From: an uncultured bacterium
GTDB lineage: Bacteria; SAR324; NAC60-12
Assembly: GCA_964010765.1 (NCBI GenBank)
Contig: CAXGMD010000004.1
Span: 1-64,000 of the forward strand
Direction: 5' to 3'
Length of the DNA stretch: 64,000 nt
In this document: positions 9,482 through 20,091 of the stretch, piece by piece
Layout: every line of letters starts with the position of its first letter
Position numbering within the stretch: the first letter of the stretch is position 1
Program-made: the position numbers and the translations under genes
The notes under the pieces: model-generated
The model's database searches: none
What the model was told of the DNA's origin: nothing
The model's input: the letters and a program-made list of their open reading frames with translations, nothing else

Positions 9482-9833
9482 TTCTATTCTCTCAGTGATG
9501 GTTTAATTCTGGCGGAAATCCTTGCTTTTACTGACAACGCAAGTTGGGACAATGAAAAGAATCATTTTGTTCCTCCTCGATCAGTTTGTGCTGGTGTTGA
9601 ATCGACCTACAAGTTTCTTTACTTAGAAAGTAAGTTAACTGAAAGTCACCACACGCACTGAACAGATTAAAATTGAGCAGGACATGAATTCCTGCGTTCA
9701 AAGGCTAAGCCCGATTAGTTCTAGAAACAGTGAAACAATTTTGTGTTTAGTTGTTTGATATTCTCTTTAAATTTTCTATCTAAAAAACATGAATTTATGA
9801 ACATGTTCTGAGATCAGATTAGCTGGGGTCTGC

Positions 9834-9862
9834 TTGACATCCCTGATTTCTTAGGACATGAT
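9834..9862 (+). promoter_or_regulatory. Candidate sigma70-type promoter
   Basis: TTGACA-17 nt-CATGAT, about 300 nt upstream of the response regulator. Confidence 0.3.
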
Positions 9863-10160
9863 CTGCTCCTTCTTTAATCGTATAGTCCACTTGTTAGAAC
9901 AATATTACTGTCACTGGAAGGAACCGAACTACTACTCAGGGTCAAAAAGAAGCGTCAACAGAAATTATCAATAATTACATTAGCTCGAATAAAATTTTTT
10001 CGGCTTCACATCTCCTGAAAACGTTCACCAAAGTCGAACGAATTTTGATTAATTATCAAAATACTAAATATTTTACTAAACTGCAACTGTAATTACAATT
10101 TGAACTTGTGGCAGCAAATTATGCCCAAGGGCTTAGACGATTATTTATCTTTGAAGAACC

Positions 10161-10856
10161 ATGCCACGTTCGACAATTTTAATTGTAGAAGATGAACCCA
10201 AAATTTCACATCTGTTAAGGGATTATCTTCAACAGGCTGGTTACGAAACGAGAGAGTCCCTGAACTATGACCAGATTCGGTCTTGGGTGGAGCAGGAAGA
10301 AATTAACCTAATCCTATTAGACTGGATGCTTCCAGGGATGAGCGGGCTCGAGATCTGTCAACAACTACGCACTATCTCAAACGTGCCGATCCTGATGATC
10401 ACAGCGAGAGTGGAAGAAATTGACCGTCTTAAAGGCCTGGATTCTGGAGCCGATGATTATATTTGTAAGCCATTCAGTCCGAGAGAGGTTGTCGCCAGGG
10501 TCAAAGCGGTTCTGCGGAGAACGTATCATGAAGATCATGCGGAGCTAAGAGTTGGGCCACTTCGCTTGGATCAAACCACCCACCAAGTTTGGGTAGACGA
10601 GTCGGAAGTTGTGCTGACTCCTAATGAGTTTGGGGTATTGAAGGTCTTGTTACAAAGGCCAGGAAAAGTATGGTCACGAGAGTCTTTACTCCAACAAGTT
10701 CAAGGGTATCAATTCAACGGCTATGACCGAACGATTGATACGCATGTCAAAAACCTAAGAAAGAAACTGGCTACCTACGGTTTGGAGTCTAGCATCGTGA
10801 CAGTTTATGGAATAGGGTACCGATTTCAATTACTGGAGCATTCGAAAGATGAGTAA
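10161..10856 (+). CDS. OmpR/PhoB-family response regulator (BaeR-like)
   Basis: ILIVEDE, LLDWMLPG, GADDYICKPFSPREVVARV, DRTIDTHVKNLRKKL, TVYGIGY. Confidence 0.92.
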   Translation: MPRSTILIVEDEPKISHLLRDYLQQAGYETRESLNYDQIRSWVEQEEINLILLDWMLPGMSGLEICQQLRTISNVPILMITARVEEIDRLKGLDSGADDYICKPFSPREVVARVKAVLRRTYHEDHAELRVGPLRLDQTTHQVWVDESEVVLTPNEFGVLKVLLQRPGKVWSRESLLQQVQGYQFNGYDRTIDTHVKNLRKKLATYGLESSIVTVYGIGYRFQLLEHSKDE

Positions 10857-11127
10857 TTCTGAGCAAGTTCGGAGTCAGCTGGCTATTTTGCGGGAGGATA
10901 TTGATAAGGTTGATGCTGAGTTGCTGCGGTTACTAAATCAGCGAGCAGAATTGGTTCTCAAGGTTGGAGAACTTAAGAAGGCCAATAATCTGGCTGTGGT
11001 CCATGCTGATAGAGAAAAAATCTTGTTGGCAAGGTTATGTGCGGAAAATTCTGGGCCATTGCCGAAGGAAATGGTGGTCCAACTATTTCAGCAGATTATT
11101 GACATCTTGAAGCAACTTCAACGCTGA
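10849..11127 (+). CDS. Monofunctional chorismate mutase, AroQ (type II)
   Basis: LREDIDKVDAELLRLLNQRA..V.KVGELK....V.HADRE. Confidence 0.85.
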   Translation: MSNSEQVRSQLAILREDIDKVDAELLRLLNQRAELVLKVGELKKANNLAVVHADREKILLARLCAENSGPLPKEMVVQLFQQIIDILKQLQR

Positions 11128-11150
11128 AAAGAGATCTTTGAAAAATCTTT

Positions 11151-13739
11151 TTACTTTTGAATGCGCTGCTTCCATTTTAGATTTGGAAAACCAATAGCTA
11201 AAACATCCTCCAACTTTTTGACAAAGTGAGCAGTGATCCCCTCACGAACACTTTCATCAAGATCTTCAAAGTCCTCTTGATTATCAGCCGGGAAAATCAA
11301 CTCGCTGATTTTTGCTCTTCTAGCAGCAATGGTTTTTTCTTTAACTCCTCCTATCGGTAAAACGACTCCGGTCAGTGTTAGTTCCCCTGTCATGGCCAAG
11401 CCAGCTTTAAGGGGGGTGTCGAAAATGAGAGACGTCAAAGCACAGGCCATGGTGATTCCAGCCGATGGACCATCTTTGGGGGTTGCTCCAGCTGGTACAT
11501 GAAAGTGAATCATTCTTTCTTCGAAGAATTCTTTCGCATCTGGATCGTTCTGTAGCAGTGATCGAACATAACTGTAGGCAATCTCAGCTGATTCCTTCAT
11601 CACATCCCCAAGTTGACCCGTCTGCTTCAGTCCTCCATTTTTGTTAAAAATTGAACGTGCTTCAATGTGTAGAGTCGCCCCACCCAAGGCTGTGTAGGCG
11701 AGACCCATCACGACTCCTACTTTTGGCTCCGTGAACGCCTGTTCTTCTGTAAATGATCGTTTGCCCAGATATTCTTTCAGATCTTCTTTGTTGATCTGAA
11801 CCTCTGTTTTCGGATTCTCTTTACCTCGTTCAGTGACGATCTGACGGGCTGCTTTGCGCATCATTTTCTTGAGTTGCTTTTCCAAGTTGCGAACCCCGGC
11901 TTCGCGAGCATATCCGTCAATCACTTCTCTTAAAGTGTTATCATCAATTTGGAATTCCTCTGGCTTCAGTCCATGAGACGAGAGTTGTCTTTCAATTAAA
12001 TGTTGTCGAGCAATCTGCAACTTTTCCTCAAGAATATAACCTGAGAGCCGAATCACCTCCATCCGGTCGAGAAGGGGTCCAGGAATCGTATCTAGCTGAT
12101 TGGCAGTACAGATGAAAAGAACCTTGGAAAGATCAAAGCGAACATCTAAATAGTGATCCAAAAAATCCTTATTCTGCTCGGGATCCAATACTTCCAACAA
12201 TGCAGAGGCGGGGTCTCCACGAAAGCTACTGCCGATCTTATCCACTTCATCAAGCATCAAGACAGGGTTTGAACTTTTACAAACTTTTAGTGCTTGGACA
12301 AACTTTCCTGGCAGGGCTCCGATATAGGTTCTACGGTGTCCCTTGATTTCTGCTTCATCTCTCATCCCACCAACAGAGAAGCGGTAAAATTCACGATTCA
12401 GGCTACGGGCAATGGACTGGCCGATTGAAGTTTTACCGACACCGGGAGGGCCAACTAATAGAATGATGGTACCAGAGAGATTTCCGTTCATCATTCCAAC
12501 TGAGATCAATTCAAGAATTCGATCTTTTACGTCCTCTAATCCGTAGTGATCTGCCTGCAGAATTTCCTCCGCCTGTTCGATGTCTTCATTATCCTCAGTT
12601 GTTTTGCCCCAAGGAAGGACAGTCAGCCAATCCAGATATGCTCTTGTAACATTGAATTCTGGCGAACTTGGCTCTAGCAGACGTAGTTTTTCCAACTCTT
12701 CCTCAATCCGCTCGGATGCCTCTTCAGTCAGGGTGAGTGCTTCCATCCGTTTACGAAATTTTTCTTCCTCACTCTCTTTATCATCCTTGCTTAAGCCCAA
12801 CTCCTTCTTGATTTCCTTAAGTTGTTCCTTGAGAAAAAATTGACGCTGTTGTGTAGAGAGTCGATCTTCAATCCGTTTGTTGATTTGTACTTGGATTTTG
12901 GAGATTTCCAACTCTTTCTTTAAAAGAATCAGTGCTGATTCCGCCCGCTCGAGCAAAGGACGTGTCCCCAGAATTTTTTGTAACTCCTCACCGCTTGATG
13001 TTGTCATTGAAGAGGAGAAGTCAGCAAGAGTGCCGGGTTCCTTCAGGTTAATGTTACCCATCAGCAAAGAAAGTTCTTCTCGGAAAAGCGGCTTGAGTTG
13101 AACTAGTTCCTTGATGCAGTTGATAATCGAAATTGAGTAGGCCTTTACCTCTTCATCATTGCTAGTAGGATCATCATACCAATAGCGAACACGGGCTCTT
13201 CGAAGAGATGTGTCTGATAGTTCAACTACCTCAAAGCGTTCCATGCACTGAACAAGAAGCTGGGCAGGTACATCTGGCTTTCTATTAATCTGCATTACCT
13301 TGCCAGCCACACCAATCTTAGCAAATCGCTGGACTTTGAATGATTCTCCTTCTCCCTCAGTCTCCTCTGCGAAGAGCAATCCTACGTATTTTTGTTTATC
13401 GCTTAGACTCTCGAGAATGTTGTTGACCAATTCCTCATTGCTCAAGAGGATTGGCACCATCATTTTGGGAAAGAATGGACGATCGAAAAGAGGAATAATG
13501 ATCAGTGATGTTGGTAGAAGGTCGCTGGCAACAATGATGGAGGTTTCTGCAGATTGGGGAGGATCTTCTTCTGTGCTTTTGCTTTCTTTACCGACAATGA
13601 TGATCCCACTATCTTCCTTGGTTGCTTCTCCATCGTCCTGAATAATGGAACTTTTAGAAGACTGAGGTGATTCATCTTCAGTTGACCCAGCCTCTTCCTC
13701 AATCAGTATGATGCCGCTATCTGTTTTCTTCTCTGCCAT
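11151..13739 (-). CDS. lon: ATP-dependent protease La (Lon)
   Basis: [46 protein letters not shown]. Start placed at ATG 13739, which has a GGAG RBS. Confidence 0.97.
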   Translation of the reverse strand: MAEKKTDSGIILIEEEAGSTEDESPQSSKSSIIQDDGEATKEDSGIIIVGKESKSTEEDPPQSAETSIIVASDLLPTSLIIIPLFDRPFFPKMMVPILLSNEELVNNILESLSDKQKYVGLLFAEETEGEGESFKVQRFAKIGVAGKVMQINRKPDVPAQLLVQCMERFEVVELSDTSLRRARVRYWYDDPTSNDEEVKAYSISIINCIKELVQLKPLFREELSLLMGNINLKEPGTLADFSSSMTTSSGEELQKILGTRPLLERAESALILLKKELEISKIQVQINKRIEDRLSTQQRQFFLKEQLKEIKKELGLSKDDKESEEEKFRKRMEALTLTEEASERIEEELEKLRLLEPSSPEFNVTRAYLDWLTVLPWGKTTEDNEDIEQAEEILQADHYGLEDVKDRILELISVGMMNGNLSGTIILLVGPPGVGKTSIGQSIARSLNREFYRFSVGGMRDEAEIKGHRRTYIGALPGKFVQALKVCKSSNPVLMLDEVDKIGSSFRGDPASALLEVLDPEQNKDFLDHYLDVRFDLSKVLFICTANQLDTIPGPLLDRMEVIRLSGYILEEKLQIARQHLIERQLSSHGLKPEEFQIDDNTLREVIDGYAREAGVRNLEKQLKKMMRKAARQIVTERGKENPKTEVQINKEDLKEYLGKRSFTEEQAFTEPKVGVVMGLAYTALGGATLHIEARSIFNKNGGLKQTGQLGDVMKESAEIAYSYVRSLLQNDPDAKEFFEERMIHFHVPAGATPKDGPSAGITMACALTSLIFDTPLKAGLAMTGELTLTGVVLPIGGVKEKTIAARRAKISELIFPADNQEDFEDLDESVREGITAHFVKKLEDVLAIGFPNLKWKQRIQK

Positions 13740-13827
13740 GATCTCCGTAGCTGAAAATAATGTCCTTGGCTGGATGCTAGCCAGAGGCAATGCTTTCTTT
13801 TCAGATCAACATAAGTGTGAGGAAGAT

Positions 13828-14334
13828 TCAATGGAAACGCAGTTTTTCTTCGGTGAGATGTCTGGGAGTGATACTCATGATGGAGATTTCATGGTCATCA
13901 ACAGAGCCAAGCTCCAACATAGTCCAACCCAGTTTTTCATAAAAAGTTGTGTGGTCAAGAGTTAGCAAATGCAGGCGAGGAATTTTGAGGCAGGCTGCTT
14001 CGTGAACCATTCTTCTAACTAGGTAAGTCCCCAAGCCCCGATGTCGGGCAAAAGGCATGACCCACAGACTAGTAAGCCATGGACTGTATTGTTGAATTTC
14101 CTGGTAATCATAGACTTCTAAACCGACCGAGCCCAACAAAAGGTCTTTATCAAAGGCAATGATTGTTGTAGGTATACCTTGCCGGTTTTTCGTATGTTCC
14201 CAAAGCTCTTCAGAGGCTTGAGTAAGGCCCCATGTCGCTGCCAGATCTCGCCATTCCTCCCAATGCTGATTCGCTAATTCTTCAACCCATTCTGGATGAT
14301 CAGCTAGATAGCCTATACTTAGGGAACTATCCAT
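13828..14334 (-). CDS. GNAT-family N-acetyltransferase
   Basis: PWLTSLWV.P..RHRGLG acetyl-CoA motif, FYEKLGW. Confidence 0.9.
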   Translation of the reverse strand: MDSSLSIGYLADHPEWVEELANQHWEEWRDLAATWGLTQASEELWEHTKNRQGIPTTIIAFDKDLLLGSVGLEVYDYQEIQQYSPWLTSLWVMPFARHRGLGTYLVRRMVHEAACLKIPRLHLLTLDHTTFYEKLGWTMLELGSVDDHEISIMSITPRHLTEEKLRFH

Positions 14335-15350
14335 GCAGAGGACTCGTTGCTTTGACGAAGTGCTTCAAGAGTGCGCATGTTCCCAACAGCATCTTCCAGT
14401 CCATAGGGGACCGGTTCATCATTCAGAATTGCTAAGGAAATAGCCTCTCCCTGAAGGGTGTATTGATCACAGATATCCATATCCAAGACTTGTGACTCAG
14501 CAGGTTCAAATCGACCCTGATCACTATGGGTTCCAGGATACAGGCTGACACGGCAAGGTCGATCTGGTGGAGCATTGAATGGGATGTCAATCTCAACACG
14601 ACCATGGGTTCCTAAAATATTGACACGCTGATAAGGGGCTACTTGAGTGGAACAAGTGAAACTCGCTTGCAGACCATTTCCAAAATCCAGAATTCCAGAT
14701 GCTAAGCGATCTGTTCCAAAAGATTGGTCTTTGTCGAAAAGACCAATCACTCTCTCGGGCTCCCTGTCGCAAATCCAGCGAGATGACGACACACAATAAC
14801 AGCCAATGTCTAGAAGGCCCCCACCCCCAACGTCAGACTGATTGCGAATATTGCTAGCATCCACGTTGTAGTAAGCAAAGAAGACTTGAACCATTCTCAA
14901 TGTCCCTATCTTTCCCTCGGTGATCCATTTCTTTGCTTGGATCCATTGCGGATGATAGCGGTACATGAAGGCTTCAGCAATTTTGAGTCGCGGAAATTTT
15001 TTAGAGAATTCCAATAGTTCCAGTGCATCTGCTGCGTTTACTGAAATAGGTTTTTCACACAGAACATGTTTGCCAGCTTCCAGAGCTTGCTTGGCTGGGC
15101 CTATGTGAATGTGATTGGGTAAAGGAATATAGATCGCATCAACCTCAGGATCTCTCAAGATTTCCTCATACGAGCCGTAAGCCTTTGGTATAGCTAACTC
15201 TTTTGCATAAGCTTTTGCACTTTCCAATGATCGAGAAGCAACAGCGCGAACTTCAGCAAATTGGCAACGTTGCATTGCTGGCAAGATCGTTCTACCAAAA
15301 TTAGCGGTGCCAAGAACTCCCCAGCGAACTTTTTGATTTTCTTTATTCAT
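14319..15350 (-). CDS. Gfo/Idh/MocA-family oxidoreductase
   Basis: RWGVLGTA, DAIYIPLPNHIH, GKHVLCEKP, GGGLLDIGCY. Confidence 0.93.
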   Translation of the reverse strand: MNKENQKVRWGVLGTANFGRTILPAMQRCQFAEVRAVASRSLESAKAYAKELAIPKAYGSYEEILRDPEVDAIYIPLPNHIHIGPAKQALEAGKHVLCEKPISVNAADALELLEFSKKFPRLKIAEAFMYRYHPQWIQAKKWITEGKIGTLRMVQVFFAYYNVDASNIRNQSDVGGGGLLDIGCYCVSSSRWICDREPERVIGLFDKDQSFGTDRLASGILDFGNGLQASFTCSTQVAPYQRVNILGTHGRVEIDIPFNAPPDRPCRVSLYPGTHSDQGRFEPAESQVLDMDICDQYTLQGEAISLAILNDEPVPYGLEDAVGNMRTLEALRQSNESSAWIVP

Positions 15351-16669
15351 TCAAACTCCATTGCACGAAAGATTCGGTCAGCGTTTATTCGAGCCAACTC
15401 ACGGAAAGTATCCAGCTGGGCAAAGGCAGACTGGTCTATTTCATACGCTTCTTCAAGGCCGCCCATTTCTTCAAGGATCTTTGCTACTTCCTGCCTCATG
15501 TAGACCAGATAATCCAGTGTATATTTGCGAACCTCACTAATAACGGTAGGACCTCCATGTCCAGGGATCACAATCTTGGCGCCAAGAGACTCCAGATTGT
15601 TCCAGGTTTCCAGCCAGCCAGCTGTGTCTGTATCCTCAAAGACTGGCAACAGTCTTTCATGAAATGCAAGGTCTCCAGTAATCACGAGTTCTTGTTGTGG
15701 TAGCCACAGGACGATGTCTCCAGGACCATGGGCTGGACCTAAATAACGAGCTTCAATCTGCTCACCCCCCAGTTCAATAATCCACTCATTATCAAAAATA
15801 ATATCAGGCTTCACTAGCTGGGTGCCTAGTGATTTATCCCTTCTTCCGTTTTGCATCTGCTTGAGGACATCTGCACCATGATCTTCAATAACCTCAGCAG
15901 CTAATCGATGGACCACAATCTTAGCGCCCTGCTCTTGCCAATAATTACTGCCCAACATTGCATGTCCTTGGGCGTTTTCTAGGACTACATACTTGACAGG
16001 CTGATCAGTGATTTTTTTAATTTCTTCGTGAAGCGTTTTAGCTAACAGATAGTTGTCACTAGCGTTCATCACAACAACGCCTTCTTCAGTGATAATAAAA
16101 GAAAGATTATTATTGTGACCTGAATTTTCATAACTAGGAGGTGCGGTAGCACCGATGGCAGACCAGATATTTTTTGTTACTTGCTGTGGCAGTCTGTAGA
16201 GCATCGATGATGGGGCAAAGTCTGGTGCATCCACAGGTAAATTGGCATCACGCCATGCAAAAAAGCCATCTGCGTAGTTACTGACGTTTGAGTAACCCAT
16301 GTCCATGAGTGTCTTAGCTGCCACCGGGCTCCGTTGATTGATACCACAATACAGAACGACAGGTTGATCGTAAGAGCGGAGAATCTCACCAATACGAAAT
16401 TCCAACCATCCTCTTGGAAGGATTACATTTTGGGCTGCGTCAATGGTTCCGCCAAATTGGTTGATCTCATTTGGATTGCGGACATCAATCAGTGTTAGAT
16501 TGGGATCTTGTTCCAATCGTCGTTTTAGTTCTGCCGTGTCTATATTGATAATCTCAGCTTGGACTTGCCTCAGTAATTCGGGCCCTACAGGAATATAATC
16601 TGCTCGGCTTGCTTTACTCCAAAAGACTAGTGCAAACAATCCAATCAAACTGAAGATGTGTTTCCTCAT
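15347..16669 (-). CDS. Exported rhodanese / metallo-beta-lactamase-fold (SoxH-like) fusion protein
   Basis: Signal peptide. Rhodanese motifs LIDVRNP.E, YCGINQRS, GFFAW. MBL motifs PAHGPGD, GDLAF, VIPGHG. Confidence 0.8.
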   Translation of the reverse strand: MRKHIFSLIGLFALVFWSKASRADYIPVGPELLRQVQAEIINIDTAELKRRLEQDPNLTLIDVRNPNEINQFGGTIDAAQNVILPRGWLEFRIGEILRSYDQPVVLYCGINQRSPVAAKTLMDMGYSNVSNYADGFFAWRDANLPVDAPDFAPSSMLYRLPQQVTKNIWSAIGATAPPSYENSGHNNNLSFIITEEGVVVMNASDNYLLAKTLHEEIKKITDQPVKYVVLENAQGHAMLGSNYWQEQGAKIVVHRLAAEVIEDHGADVLKQMQNGRRDKSLGTQLVKPDIIFDNEWIIELGGEQIEARYLGPAHGPGDIVLWLPQQELVITGDLAFHERLLPVFEDTDTAGWLETWNNLESLGAKIVIPGHGGPTVISEVRKYTLDYLVYMRQEVAKILEEMGGLEEAYEIDQSAFAQLDTFRELARINADRIFRAMEFE

Positions 16670-16753
16670 AATGTTTTTTAATATTCAGATAAATCAAAAA
16701 ATTACACGTAAAGCTGCCTTAATTTGGAGGAAAAGTAAATTGCGAAATGTAGA

Positions 16754-17887
16754 TCAGATAAATTTGATTAGAAAAGAAAATGAAGGGGGTGTTTGCAAAA
16801 CTTTCATATTGAGTTCAAAAAATTCTGGCCACTTCTGAGGTAAGATCAAGCGTCCATTTTGGATGTGGCTTGAGAAGGATGGATTGAGCAAGTCGTTCTC
16901 AAACCAGAAAGCCGTATCAAGACCAACAGCGGGTGCTCTTGACACATGGGAAGAAGCCAGTAATGCAATCCACAGGTGCCCGATGCCACTTTCAAAACTA
17001 CTACTCAACACGGGTAGGATTCCAGTTGACTTTGCTGAATTTATCCACTTTAGAGTCTCTTGCCAGCCCCCTAAGATTCCTGGTTTGAGGATATATGCAT
17101 GAACGTTATCTTGAATCGCTTTTGCTAAATCTGGATCTTTCCATAAGGTCTCGTCTAGTGCTAAATTGACTTCACAAGATCTCCTAAGTTGGGGCAGTTC
17201 TTGAGGATTTTGTAGAGGCTCTTCGCAGTAAGCTAAATTACAGTCTGCTAAGGAGCTTAGTACTTCTTTAGCTTCTGTCAGTGTCCAAGCTTGGTTTGCG
17301 TCCAGGCGAATTTCCACACCAGTCCACTGTCTCCGAACTAATCGCACTCTTTGGATATCCTCCTCCAGTTCCCTTCGGCCTACTTTAATTTTGACAGTCT
17401 TGTAACCGACAATTTTACAACGTTCAATTTCACTTTCTAACCCTTCTAGAGAGCAGTTTAGCAGACCATTTAATGAGACGGGAAAGCTGGGTTCTGGTTT
17501 TAAAAAATCGGCCAAAGAAATTTTTTCTTTCAGAAATTGATAATGAAACGCCAGCATTTCAAAACCAAACTTTACTGAAGGAGCAAGTGCCTTTGGATAA
17601 TTCAATTCAAGCCAACTATCATTGCTGGCTTCTAACTCTTTGATGAAATGCGGAAAGTGATTCTGTACCAATAATTTGGCCTCATCTAAACTTTCTGAAT
17701 GAAGCCCTGGTAAAGGAGCAACCTCACCGTAGACAATGCCAACCTCGCTCTGCCAAAACAACAATAGACCTTTACGGAGGAAATCTGATTCTTGTTTGGT
17801 GGTAAGTTTATTTCGAAGGGGTAGATGGTATGGCAGGAGGTGCCAGGTGTTTTCTGCTAGTAATGCTGAGAGTGCTGAGCGATTCAC
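16754..17887 (-). CDS. menC: o-Succinylbenzoate synthase
   Basis: GEVAPLPGLH.ESL, KIKVGR, RLDANQAW, EEP, LDE, LKP, SSSFESGIG. Confidence 0.88.
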   Translation of the reverse strand: MNRSALSALLAENTWHLLPYHLPLRNKLTTKQESDFLRKGLLLFWQSEVGIVYGEVAPLPGLHSESLDEAKLLVQNHFPHFIKELEASNDSWLELNYPKALAPSVKFGFEMLAFHYQFLKEKISLADFLKPEPSFPVSLNGLLNCSLEGLESEIERCKIVGYKTVKIKVGRRELEEDIQRVRLVRRQWTGVEIRLDANQAWTLTEAKEVLSSLADCNLAYCEEPLQNPQELPQLRRSCEVNLALDETLWKDPDLAKAIQDNVHAYILKPGILGGWQETLKWINSAKSTGILPVLSSSFESGIGHLWIALLASSHVSRAPAVGLDTAFWFENDLLNPSFSSHIQNGRLILPQKWPEFFELNMKVLQTPPSFSFLIKFI

Positions 17888-17899
17888 AAATTCACGGAG

Positions 17900-18088
17900 T
17901 CACTTTTCAGGATTAGCTTTAGGAGTGAAATTCAAACAGGGTTGACCTGAAACCTGTAAAACATACTGAGAAGGCTCCAATCGTGTTTTGAATCCTAGCT
18001 TATGACAACCATACGGCGCGTTTGAATCCCAAGTGATGTGATAAAATCGGCACTGTCGACAGGATGCAGGAGGATTCGGTCTAGACAT
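17900..18088 (-). CDS. Small Cys-rich protein (CxxC...C...C), function unknown
   Basis: CRQCRFYHITWD..PYGC..GFK......V...SG.PC..F.PK, a pattern I recall from a conserved small-protein family. Confidence 0.7.
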   Translation of the reverse strand: MSRPNPPASCRQCRFYHITWDSNAPYGCHKLGFKTRLEPSQYVLQVSGQPCLNFTPKANPEK

Positions 18089-18303
18089 TTTTCAAGGCGG
18101 GTTTGCTCTGTAAACAGAATTAGGATGCTCGAAAAGGATGAATAACAAGGAAGCACCAATGTAGAAAAATTTCAAATTTTTGGTGGTTTTTTGGACAAGC
18201 AAATTTTGCCCCTGCTTCATCTCCGAAAGTAACGGGTAATTTTCTTTAGGTTTGTAGCAAATTAGTAGGTGAGTAGGTTGATCTCTTTAATCTTCAGTTA
18301 CAA

Positions 18304-20091
18304 TTACCCTTGTTCGGGGTTGTCCAGAACCTCAGCAACTTCTTTTTTCATCTCCGGCAGGATATCATTGTGCAGAAATGTTCTATTCACGATTTCCTTG
18401 AAAACAGGCCCTGCGACTTTACCACCGTATGGAGAACTCCGTGGGTGTTCAATCACAACTAGCACAGTGAGTAGTGGCTGTTCGGCTGGGACGTAGCCAT
18501 TGAAGAATGCAATATGCTTTCGGTTGGAATATCTGCCGGTTTTTTCGTCAAAAACTTGAGAAGTCCCAGTCTTTCCAGCGACGTTGTAACCTGGGATCGC
18601 TGCTTCTACAGCAGTGCCGCCTTCCTGGGTTACGCTAATCATCATTTTCCTTAGTATTTGGGCAGTTTCAGCAGAAATCAACTGCTTTGGATCATGAGCT
18701 CCAAATTTCTTCGAGATTTTTCCTTCCTCATCAAGCGTCTCCAGAATGATATCCCCTTCCTCGCTGAAAGCATGGTCAACAATATAAGGAGGAAGCCATT
18801 TCCCATCAGCAGCAACAACGTTCAGTGCACTGATCAACTGGAGCGGAGAAACTAAGATGCCATGGCCAAAGGAGATGGAGGCATGATCAACTCGAGTCCA
18901 GCGTTGTAGTGGCAGCACCCGTCCAAGAGCCTCACCAGAAAGCCCAGATTCTGGTCGTGAACCAAATCCAAATCGGCGAATATATTCGTAGAATTTCTCT
19001 GGGCTTATCAAAGTACCAATTTTGATGGCACATATGTTCGAAGATTTCTGAATGATCTGTTCGATATTCAGATTTTCATGAGGTGAGGTGTCGTGGAAAT
19101 CTTCCCCAGCGAACCGAAAAGCGCCATTTTCACAGAAAAATTCTTGCTCCGGTGTAATAAGCTTCTCTTCCAGAGCAGCAGCAATGGTTAAAATTTTAAA
19201 CGTAGAACCAGGCTCATAGCCAACGGTGACGGCACGATTCAGAAAAGTTGATCTGTCGAAGTCTCGGTAACGATTTGGATCGAATTGGGGATAGGTCGCC
19301 ATTGAAAGCACTGCTCCTGTCTGGGAGTGCATGACGATGGCTACTCCGCGGTCAGCTCGGGAAGTCTCGACTCCGCGTTTCAGCGCAGCTTCGGTGTAAT
19401 GTTGAATGGTGTTGTCAAGTGTCAGCTGAATCGAGTGTCTTTGAGCTTTCAGATCGTGAGGTAAGGTGTGTGGAATTACTCTTCGAGTCCCATCCCGCTC
19501 AACGACGACTTCTTCAGGTTCTCCAGCCATCAAGTCTTGATACTGGTACTCTAGCCCTTCCAATCCTTGTGAATCGACTCCTGTGAAACCTAACAAGGCT
19601 CCAGCCATCTCACCGTTCGGATAGACCCTTCTGTACTCTTCAACAAAATCTAACCCTTCAAAGTCCATTGTCTTAATCTTCTGGGCAACCTCCGGGGGCA
19701 GTTGACGCTTTAGCCAGACGAAAGAGCGTTTTGTTCTGAGAGTTTTAAGAAGTTTGTCCCGATTAATATCAAGTAGTGGAGCAATACGCGTCGCAACTGT
19801 GTAAGGAGATTTAATATTTTGTGGTCTTGCGTAGAGGGATTGGACTGGGACGGAAACAGCGAGGCGGCGGCCCTGGCGATCTGTAATTGTACCCCTTCGA
19901 GGTTCCAGGGTGATTCTACTTTGTTGTTGGTGACGGGCGCGCTCTGAGAAGTACTCAGCCTGCAAAATCTGCAAGTAGAACATGCGACCCAATAAGACTA
20001 CTAAACAACTGGCAATCACTACAACAACCGAAAGAACTCGGAGATTGAAAGTGTAATGTGAAAATTTGGGATTATGGGTGCGAGACTTCAT
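18304..20091 (-). CDS. ftsI: Class B penicillin-binding protein (PBP3)
   Basis: RGTITDR, RVYPNG, G.EGLE, EPGSTFK (SxxK), KSSN (SxN), GKTGT. Lies directly downstream of an ftsL-like gene. Confidence 0.9.
   Translation of the reverse strand: MKSRTHNPKFSHYTFNLRVLSVVVVIASCLVVLLGRMFYLQILQAEYFSERARHQQQSRITLEPRRGTITDRQGRRLAVSVPVQSLYARPQNIKSPYTVATRIAPLLDINRDKLLKTLRTKRSFVWLKRQLPPEVAQKIKTMDFEGLDFVEEYRRVYPNGEMAGALLGFTGVDSQGLEGLEYQYQDLMAGEPEEVVVERDGTRRVIPHTLPHDLKAQRHSIQLTLDNTIQHYTEAALKRGVETSRADRGVAIVMHSQTGAVLSMATYPQFDPNRYRDFDRSTFLNRAVTVGYEPGSTFKILTIAAALEEKLITPEQEFFCENGAFRFAGEDFHDTSPHENLNIEQIIQKSSNICAIKIGTLISPEKFYEYIRRFGFGSRPESGLSGEALGRVLPLQRWTRVDHASISFGHGILVSPLQLISALNVVAADGKWLPPYIVDHAFSEEGDIILETLDEEGKISKKFGAHDPKQLISAETAQILRKMMISVTQEGGTAVEAAIPGYNVAGKTGTSQVFDEKTGRYSNRKHIAFFNGYVPAEQPLLTVLVVIEHPRSSPYGGKVAGPVFKEIVNRTFLHNDILPEMKKEVAEVLDNPEQG

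Noticed and set aside
9230..9661. 143-aa + strand ORF
   Set aside because: It is a shadow of the RHH gene on the opposite strand, with a TTG start and no protein-like motifs.
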